DNA of 64,000 nucleotides, taken from contig JAOZUO010000003.1 in assembly GCA_029938605.1 (NCBI GenBank), positions 26,592 to 90,591 of the forward strand, read 5' to 3'. Position 1 is the first letter of the stretch, and every line of letters begins with the position of its first letter. Of this stretch, positions 57,052 through 64,000 are shown piece after piece. Origin of the DNA: Deltaproteobacteria bacterium (GTDB taxonomy: Bacteria > Myxococcota_A > Polyangia > HGW-17 > JAJRWW01). The translations under genes were made by a program, and so were the position numbers. The notes beneath the pieces were generated by a model that did no database searches, was not told the origin of the DNA, and saw only the letters and a list, made by a program, of their open reading frames with translations.

Positions 57052-57890
57052 CCACCATCCGGAGCCTGCGCACCGCCCTGCAACGAGGAACCGCGGAGCA
57101 CTACTCCGATCCCCGCCTCTACGATCACGAGTACAAGCGCCGCCGAGCCGACGTGCGCTTCTACCGGGACTACTGCCGGGAGCACTTCCGGGAGCACTTC
57201 GGAGAACACGCTTCAATGGCCCGCCCGCCCATTCTGGAGCTGGGCTGCGGCACGGGCCGGATCACCACGCCCCTGCTCAAAGCCGGCCACACCGTGGTGG
57301 GAATCGACCTCAGTCAATCCATGCTCATCCGCTGCACCGAGCGTCTCCGCTGGGCCGGACGCCGGGTCCAGGGATCAAGTCTCCTGATTCGCGGTGACAT
57401 GCGCAGCCTCCCCCTCGGCGGCCCCTTCGGGCTCATCTTGTGCCCCTTCAACGCCTTCATGCACCTGTACCGTCACGCGGATGTGGCCGCCTGCCTCGGA
57501 GAGGTCCGCCGTCTGTTGGAGCCCGACCAGGGCCGCTTCCTCTTCGACGTCCAGAACCCCGACCTGCGCTGGCTCCTGAGGGACCCCAAAAAGCGCTGGG
57601 CCCGCACCAGGTTCAAGCACCCGGTCACCGGCAAGACCATGGTCTATTCCACCAACCACATCTACGACGCCAAGCGTCAGCTCACCCACATCAAGCTCTA
57701 CTACGACTGCCCCGAAGATCCCTCGGCCGCGTCCACCGTCTCCCTGGCCCACCGCCAGTTCTTCCCCCAGGAGCTCCGCCTCCTCCTTCAAACAAACGGC
57801 TTCACCATCGAATCCGAATTCGGCTACTTCGACGGCCGCCCCTTCGAGTCCGACTCCGAAACCCAACTCCTGGTCTGCCGCCCAACCTGA
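56895..57890 (+). CDS. class I SAM-dependent methyltransferase
   Basis: Motif I ILELGCGTGRITTPL, motif post-I VVGIDLS. Start uncertain: no ATG, GTG or TTG occurs between the pcnB stop and the methyltransferase core, so the gene must begin inside pcnB. Confidence 0.65.
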   Translation: MPDRRGGLVNPGQVDDPGGVHPTPHLRKRPTPTRPPVPPKAKTPTPRRQGQVATIRSLRTALQRGTAEHYSDPRLYDHEYKRRRADVRFYRDYCREHFREHFGEHASMARPPILELGCGTGRITTPLLKAGHTVVGIDLSQSMLIRCTERLRWAGRRVQGSSLLIRGDMRSLPLGGPFGLILCPFNAFMHLYRHADVAACLGEVRRLLEPDQGRFLFDVQNPDLRWLLRDPKKRWARTRFKHPVTGKTMVYSTNHIYDAKRQLTHIKLYYDCPEDPSAASTVSLAHRQFFPQELRLLLQTNGFTIESEFGYFDGRPFESDSETQLLVCRPT

Positions 57891-57915
57891 TTCACAGGGC
57901 CCTCAGAGCCCTTCG

Positions 57916-59073
57916 TCATTCGGCTTTGGGTTGGCCTATGCTGAAGCGGAACTCGATGCGGCGGTTGGCTTTTTTGCCCTCGGGGGTTTCAGAGCGTTTC
58001 ACGGGCGCGCTGACGCCGTAGCCCTTAACGAAGAGTCGGGTCCTGGGCACGCCCATCTGGACCATCTTGTCGCGAACGATCTGGGCCTGCTTCAGGGAAA
58101 GCTTCAGGTTGTCTTCCACGCTGCCGGGCTCGTCGGTGTGACCGCCGATCTCCACCCTGACCTCGGCGTGGGACTTGATGATCTCGGCCATGCGCCGGAC
58201 CAGAAAGACCGCGCTGGGGATAAGAGTGGTGGTGCCTGGCTTGAAACGCAGACCGGGGAACATCATCTTGCCCCGAATGTATTCGCAGCCGTTCTCGTCC
58301 ACCTTGGCTTGGGGAGGCGTGGACGGGCACTTGTCGATGCCGTCGCCCACGAAGTCGCCGTCGCGATCCCCCTGACGACCTACGATGTTCGCCCGGGGCT
58401 GGGGCCGGGGTCGTTTGTAAACCCGCACGACCCTGGGGATCTTCTTTGGGTAACCAAAAGAGATGGAGACCCCCAAACAGACGAAGGCGGGGAACTCCTT
58501 TTTGACGAAGACCTGTCGATAAGAAAGGTAGGGGCCCATCTGCAGGGGGCCGGCCAGGGAGAACTCGTAGCCGACGCCGAGATCGAGGGCAAACCAGTGG
58601 GACACGCCACCTGCCGTGGGCGCGTGGGCGTATCCGAGGTTCAACTCCACCCAGAGGTTGCCCCAGGGATTGCCCCGGGGGAGGCTGGGCCACAGGTTGG
58701 CCAGGTAGCCCTTCTCGTCGTTGACCAGTCGCATCCGGGCGCCGACCATGATCATGTTTACGCCGGACTCGGCCGAACCGGAGCCTGGCAGGTAGATGAG
58801 CCCGTAGCCAATTTGCGGCGCCACCCAGCGGTGCACGGGCACGTCCACCTTGAAGTTGACGTCGAAACCGGCGCTGCGGATCCCGTCGGCCGCGGCGTCG
58901 TTGGTCAGCACCGCGGCACCGAAGGAGAGGTGCGCGTTGAACAGTCCTTCCTCGGCCGCGACCGGGGGTGCACCGAGGACCAGGATCAGCAGTCCGAGGA
59001 TGACTCCCACATGGACAGGGCCAGGGCGATGAAATTTGGCGGTTCGGGAGAATTCACGGGGAACTTGGGACAT
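57916..59073 (-). CDS. OmpA-family outer membrane protein with a thrombospondin-type-3-like Asp-rich repeat
   Basis: Signal peptide, beta-barrel-like N-domain, DRDGDFVGDGIDKCP, and OmpA C-domain (VEIGGHTDEPGSVEDNLKLSLKQAQIV...NRRIEF). Confidence 0.75.
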   Translation of the reverse strand: MSQVPREFSRTAKFHRPGPVHVGVILGLLILVLGAPPVAAEEGLFNAHLSFGAAVLTNDAAADGIRSAGFDVNFKVDVPVHRWVAPQIGYGLIYLPGSGSAESGVNMIMVGARMRLVNDEKGYLANLWPSLPRGNPWGNLWVELNLGYAHAPTAGGVSHWFALDLGVGYEFSLAGPLQMGPYLSYRQVFVKKEFPAFVCLGVSISFGYPKKIPRVVRVYKRPRPQPRANIVGRQGDRDGDFVGDGIDKCPSTPPQAKVDENGCEYIRGKMMFPGLRFKPGTTTLIPSAVFLVRRMAEIIKSHAEVRVEIGGHTDEPGSVEDNLKLSLKQAQIVRDKMVQMGVPRTRLFVKGYGVSAPVKRSETPEGKKANRRIEFRFSIGQPKAE

Positions 59074-59185
59074 GGGGCGCTGGTCTCCTGTTGGCAGTAT
59101 GTCCTAGTCCGTCAAGACGACTCGGTCAAGGGCAGGTCGGGCTACTTAGCCCTACATCTCGAATCAATCTTCCGGGGCGACGTAC

Positions 59186-61489
59186 TCAGGAAGCCGTTGG
59201 GTCTGGGCGCTCATCTTCTACGCCCTCGCCATCTGGAGTCAGGTCGTCCACCTCCAGCAGCTCAGTGGTCTCGTTGTGAATGACTGGCTGCAGGGGAGGT
59301 GCAACCGTCTGGTCAGTGCCGGCCGTAAGGTCCGTGTCGATCGCCGGGTCCGAGGGGACCGCCGGATTCGCGCCGGCCATAGAATCCGCGTTGGCCGTCG
59401 GGTCAGTCCCGGCCGTCGGGTCAGTCCCGGCCGTCGAATCCGCGTTGGCCTTCAAGTCCATGCCGGCCTTGTGCTCAGCGCTGGCCTTCAGGTCCATACC
59501 GGCCTTGTGCTCAGCGCTGGCCTTCAGGTCCATGCCGGCCTTGTGCTCAGCGTTGGCAGCAAGGTCCGTATCAGTGGTCGGATCATGGGTGCCCTCCAGG
59601 TTCGCGCCGGCCGCACGGTCCGTGTCGGTCGCAGGGTCCGAGGGGACCTCCGAGTTCGTGCCGGCCTCCGGGTTCGTGCCGGCCTCCGGGTTCGTGCCGG
59701 CTTCCGGGTAGGTCGCGGCCTCGTTCTCGAGGTCGCCCACTTCGAGCAGCGCCGTGGCATCGTCCGACAGAGACGGCTGAGGCGGCTGAGACGGTAGACC
59801 GGAACCGGAGTCTTCGATCTGAGCCGTGGGGAGCTCATGGAAGCTCACGGGCGACAAGGGCGTGTCGGAGTTGGACTTGCCCTCTAGATCCGCCAGGTCC
59901 GGGTCCGCTGGGTCCAGCCCGGGATCCAGCCCGGCGTCCGGGGCAGCCACCAACGGCATCTCCGCCGTATCCGGGGCCACCGGTCGCTGCCGCCGGGCCA
60001 CACGATCGGCAGACTGCTGTATGGCTTCCCGGTTTGCCTCCAGGTCCAGAATGACGGTGTTGGCCGTGTGCAGACCGACACCGCTCGGTCCCGGAGCCGG
60101 AGCCGGCCCCGGACCCGGGGTCGGGGGCAATGTGGGCTCAGTGGCAGGGGATTGAACGTCAGGCTGAGCCTTGGCCTGAGCCTCGGGTTCTGCCTCGGGT
60201 TGCGCCGAGACCCGGGCCACCTCGCCAAAGCCATCGCCCTTGCTCCACAGCACCTCCGACACAGGTTGCAACACCTCGGGATTGGTGGATTCGAGCCGCC
60301 GGATCCCGCTGTTGTCGAGGATCACCGTGGGCTCGGCCGACATTGCCGGGTCGTGCACCCGAGAGCCTCCACCGTCGCCCACCTCCACCTCGCCGTCCCG
60401 CGGGGGCTGCATGAACTCGCCCTCCTCCGCTCCGGCAGGAATGGGCGAGAACTTGGAGAAGTCAGCATCCGGACCCAGGGCATCGGCGATGAGATTCGTG
60501 CCGATCTTGGTGCTGTCGGCGCTGTCGACCACAAACTCTTCGAGGGCCCGCAACTCCTTTTCGATGTCTTCGGCGAAGAGCTGCCGCACAAACCGTCCCA
60601 GGTGAGACCGGGTGAGATCCGGCGCGTGTACCACCAGGAAGTTGTGCAGGGCGTTGGCGAAGTCCTCGGCGGTCTGGTAGCGATCCGACGGCTTGCGGCT
60701 CATGGCCGTGTCCGCGATGGCCGCCAGGGCCGGCGGGATCATGGGATTGCGCTCTCGCACGGGGGTGTAGCGCGTCTCCCGCACCAGCACCAGCAGCTCC
60801 ATCTCGTTGGGCGCCAGGAAGGGCGGCACCCGGGTCAACAGCTCGTAGAGCACCGACCCCCCGGAGAAGATGTCCGTGCGGGGATCCAGCTTGCGCCCCA
60901 TGGCCTGCTCCGGGCTCATGTACTTGACCTTGCCCTTGATCACCCCGGAGCGGGTCTGCACGGTGGAGAGGGTCGCCTTGGCGATGCCGAAGTCACAGAG
61001 CTTCACCTCGCCGGCGTAGGAGCAGATCACATTGGACGGGCTCACGTCCCGGTGAATGAGATGGAGCGGCCGCCCCTCCCGGTCTTTCTGTATGTGCGCC
61101 TGATGCAGCCCCCGCATGATGTGCATCATGATGAAGGCGCAGATCTCCTGCGGGATCCAGCGACGCTGCGCCCGACAGCGGTCCAAGATCGTTCGGCCGT
61201 CCTTGCCGTCCACGTACTCCATGGCGATGAAATACTCACCGTGGGCGAAGCAAAACTCGTAGACCCGGGCGATGGACTCGTGCTCCATGAGGCTCGTGAT
61301 CTTCGCCTCGTCCACGAGCATCTTGATAAACTCCTCGTCCCGGGCGAGGTGGGACAGGATCCGCTTCACCGCCACCATATGCACCCGCCCCTCCTCGTCG
61401 AAGGTCTTGGCGCGATAGATCTCCGCCATGCCGCCGAAGGCGATCCGATCCAACAGGTGATATCGACCGAGCTGTAGCGCTTTTGCCAT
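59186..61489 (-). CDS. Ser/Thr protein kinase with a ~500-aa disordered repetitive C-terminal region
   Basis: Complete Hanks kinase domain (GGMAEIYRA, AVKRI, HRDVSPSNV, DFG, SPEQ). The C-terminus has SAEHKAGMDLKA x3 and GTNPEA x3. Start at MAKALQLGRY (61489). Confidence 0.8.
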   Translation of the reverse strand: MAKALQLGRYHLLDRIAFGGMAEIYRAKTFDEEGRVHMVAVKRILSHLARDEEFIKMLVDEAKITSLMEHESIARVYEFCFAHGEYFIAMEYVDGKDGRTILDRCRAQRRWIPQEICAFIMMHIMRGLHQAHIQKDREGRPLHLIHRDVSPSNVICSYAGEVKLCDFGIAKATLSTVQTRSGVIKGKVKYMSPEQAMGRKLDPRTDIFSGGSVLYELLTRVPPFLAPNEMELLVLVRETRYTPVRERNPMIPPALAAIADTAMSRKPSDRYQTAEDFANALHNFLVVHAPDLTRSHLGRFVRQLFAEDIEKELRALEEFVVDSADSTKIGTNLIADALGPDADFSKFSPIPAGAEEGEFMQPPRDGEVEVGDGGGSRVHDPAMSAEPTVILDNSGIRRLESTNPEVLQPVSEVLWSKGDGFGEVARVSAQPEAEPEAQAKAQPDVQSPATEPTLPPTPGPGPAPAPGPSGVGLHTANTVILDLEANREAIQQSADRVARRQRPVAPDTAEMPLVAAPDAGLDPGLDPADPDLADLEGKSNSDTPLSPVSFHELPTAQIEDSGSGLPSQPPQPSLSDDATALLEVGDLENEAATYPEAGTNPEAGTNPEAGTNSEVPSDPATDTDRAAGANLEGTHDPTTDTDLAANAEHKAGMDLKASAEHKAGMDLKASAEHKAGMDLKANADSTAGTDPTAGTDPTANADSMAGANPAVPSDPAIDTDLTAGTDQTVAPPLQPVIHNETTELLEVDDLTPDGEGVEDERPDPTAS

Positions 61490-61728
61490 GGGGACTCCTA
61501 CAGTAACCCGAGTGGAGGTCCGCCGTCGACTGGGATTCGACTGTTTGTGTAAGGGTCCGCGAATGGACAACTCCGTCGCCCTAGCCGCCGATCCATCCCG
61601 CTGGGCGGCCATCATCGATCGAGTTGTCTATTCGCGGACCCTAAGTCTACTCTACGGGCTTGCCGCGGACGCTGGTTCATGTCATGGATACGTTCTGCGG
61701 CTGGCCACCGGCCCGAGGATATGGCAAC

Positions 61729-62943
<1,215 letters not shown>

Positions 62944-63104
62944 GCCTCTAGCCTCCCTACGTCCTGTTGGCCAAAGAACCAAAGGACCAAAGGACCAAAG
63001 GACTTTGGGACGCCGTTGAAATACCGGTTGTTCTCGCACCGATTCCCTTTGACACTTCTTTTGTAATCTAGCTACTATCCGGACCACGCAACATTCACGT
63101 CCCG

Positions 63105-63515
63105 GTGACCACATACGCAATGGAAGACCTGAACACCGAACAGTACGAGCAACTCGCCGACCTCCTTGCGAACCAGCAGACTGAGCTGCTCGTCAAGGCC
63201 CGGGATGGGCTGGAGCTCAGCATGAACCGCGAACGCGACGGCGGGCGGGACTCTCTGGACGAGTCCACCGAGGAGGAGTTGATCTCCACGGAGCTCCGGC
63301 TGCGAGACCGGGAAAAAAAGCTGCTCACCAAGATCCGGGACGCCCAGCAGAGGCTGGAAACCATGACCATCAACGAATGCGAAGATTGTGGTGAGGCCAT
63401 CGGATTCAAACGGCTCATCGTACGCCCGGTAACCACGCTGTGCATCTCCTGCAAGGAGCTCAGCGAGGAGCACGAGGCCGCCTCTGACGGGTCCACCACG
63501 AGGGGTCGCCTCTAG
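63105..63515 (+). CDS. DksA/TraR-family C4 zinc-finger protein
   Basis: C-terminal CEDCGEAIGFKRLIVRPVTTLCISC zinc finger. Coiled-coil N-region. Confidence 0.7.
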   Translation: MTTYAMEDLNTEQYEQLADLLANQQTELLVKARDGLELSMNRERDGGRDSLDESTEEELISTELRLRDREKKLLTKIRDAQQRLETMTINECEDCGEAIGFKRLIVRPVTTLCISCKELSEEHEAASDGSTTRGRL

Positions 63516-63560
63516 AACCAGTAGACACACGTCTGCTCCGACGGCGATGCCCGGGGCAGT

Positions 63561-64000
63561 GGCAGAGATCCATGGCCGAGGAACAAAAATACAAAATCCT
63601 CAATAAGCTCGACGCGGGCGGCATGGCCGAGGTGTTTGTGGCCGAGTCGGAGTCCATGAAGGGCTTCAAAAAGCGCGTGGCCATCAAGCGCATCCTGCCG
63701 CACCTGAGCAAGAACCAGAAGTTCGTCCAGATGTTCCTGGACGAAGCCAAGCTCTGCCTCCAGCTCGAACACGCCAACATCGTCAACGTGTTCGACATCG
63801 GGAAAGCCGACGCCGCGTTCTTCATCGTGATGGAGTACGTGGAGGGGACCAACCTGAAGAAGGTCATCGAGTCCCATCGGCGCGCGGGCAAGATCATACC
63901 CATCGAGCAGTCCATCTACGTACTCAGAGAGGTGTGTGAGGGTCTCGCCTACGCCCACGACTCCACGGACATGACCACGCACGAGCCGTTGGGCCTGGTG
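63561..64000 (+). CDS. Ser/Thr protein kinase, N-terminal part (3' end beyond the window)
   Basis: ATG at 63561. GGMAEVFVA glycine loop, VAIKRI, LEHANIVNVFD. No stop before the window end, so it is absent from the ORF track. Confidence 0.65.

Overview
This is a 64-kb, very GC-rich (~65-70%) bacterial chromosomal window. I found no transposase, integrase, phage gene or CRISPR array. Gene content suggests an anaerobic delta-proteobacterial or Myxococcota-like lineage; I cannot place it more precisely. That guess rests on many Ser/Thr kinases, TPR, HEAT and PEGA proteins and lipoproteins, together with a complete carbonyl branch of the Wood-Ljungdahl pathway.

From start to end:
- 1-817 (-): the N-terminal end of a kinase-like protein (only its first ~272 aa lie in the window) whose catalytic motifs are mutated.
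- 959-3487: a TetR regulator, rpoZ and an MscS channel.
- 4657-7138: an isolated fliO-fliP-fliQ-fliR type III export-gate core. No flhB, flhA, ATPase, rod or ring genes occur anywhere in the window.
- 7214-9460: directly downstream, a 748-aa highly acidic protein with three tandem ~55-aa repeats plus (PE)n and (PTADE)6 tracts.
- 9497-11940: two tandem paralogous lipoproteins and a small Cys-rich lipoprotein, which has a second copy at 24197.
- 11942-28282, on the minus strand: RimO, a secreted protein, an MFS transporter, a HEAT-repeat protein, a Fam20-like secretory-kinase homolog, a DUF2723-like membrane protein and a hexapeptide acyltransferase. On the plus strand in the same interval: a TatT-DctP pair with no DctQM permease, a rhodanese-like lipoprotein, a 198-aa protein translationally coupled to a TPR protein, an unusual 1.2-kb non-coding repeat-rich region (22958-24196), the second Cys-rich lipoprotein and a 340-aa lipoprotein.
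- 28474-35056: the conserved tig-clpP-clpX-lon block, then tRNA-Val(TAC), tRNA-Asp(GTC) and a terminator hairpin.
- 35239-38868: a degenerate sigma-54-activator-like regulator, an HExxH metallopeptidase and a PEGA-domain protein.
- 38963-54134: a long minus-strand operon. In transcription order it is folD, cooC, a small ORF, acsD, a cooF-like gene, nuoE-like and nuoF-like flavoprotein genes, an Fe-S protein, cooS, acsB, acsC, acsE, a 590-bp repeat-filled gap, and a second cooC.
- 54376-64000: a radical-SAM-like protein, pcnB, a SAM methyltransferase, OmpA, an 809-aa Ser/Thr kinase with a repetitive disordered tail, a second ClpX paralog, a DksA-like protein and a partial Ser/Thr kinase.

The most striking non-genic signal is a superfamily of ~160-bp imperfect-palindromic intergenic elements. 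They occur at 2019-2178, 5145-5306, 10900-11062, 34880-35056 and 55547-55706. Two of them (5145 and 10900) carry a Shine-Dalgarno sequence and a start codon in frame with the downstream gene.

Many overlapping antisense ORFs in the six-frame track are GC-artefacts and are not reported.
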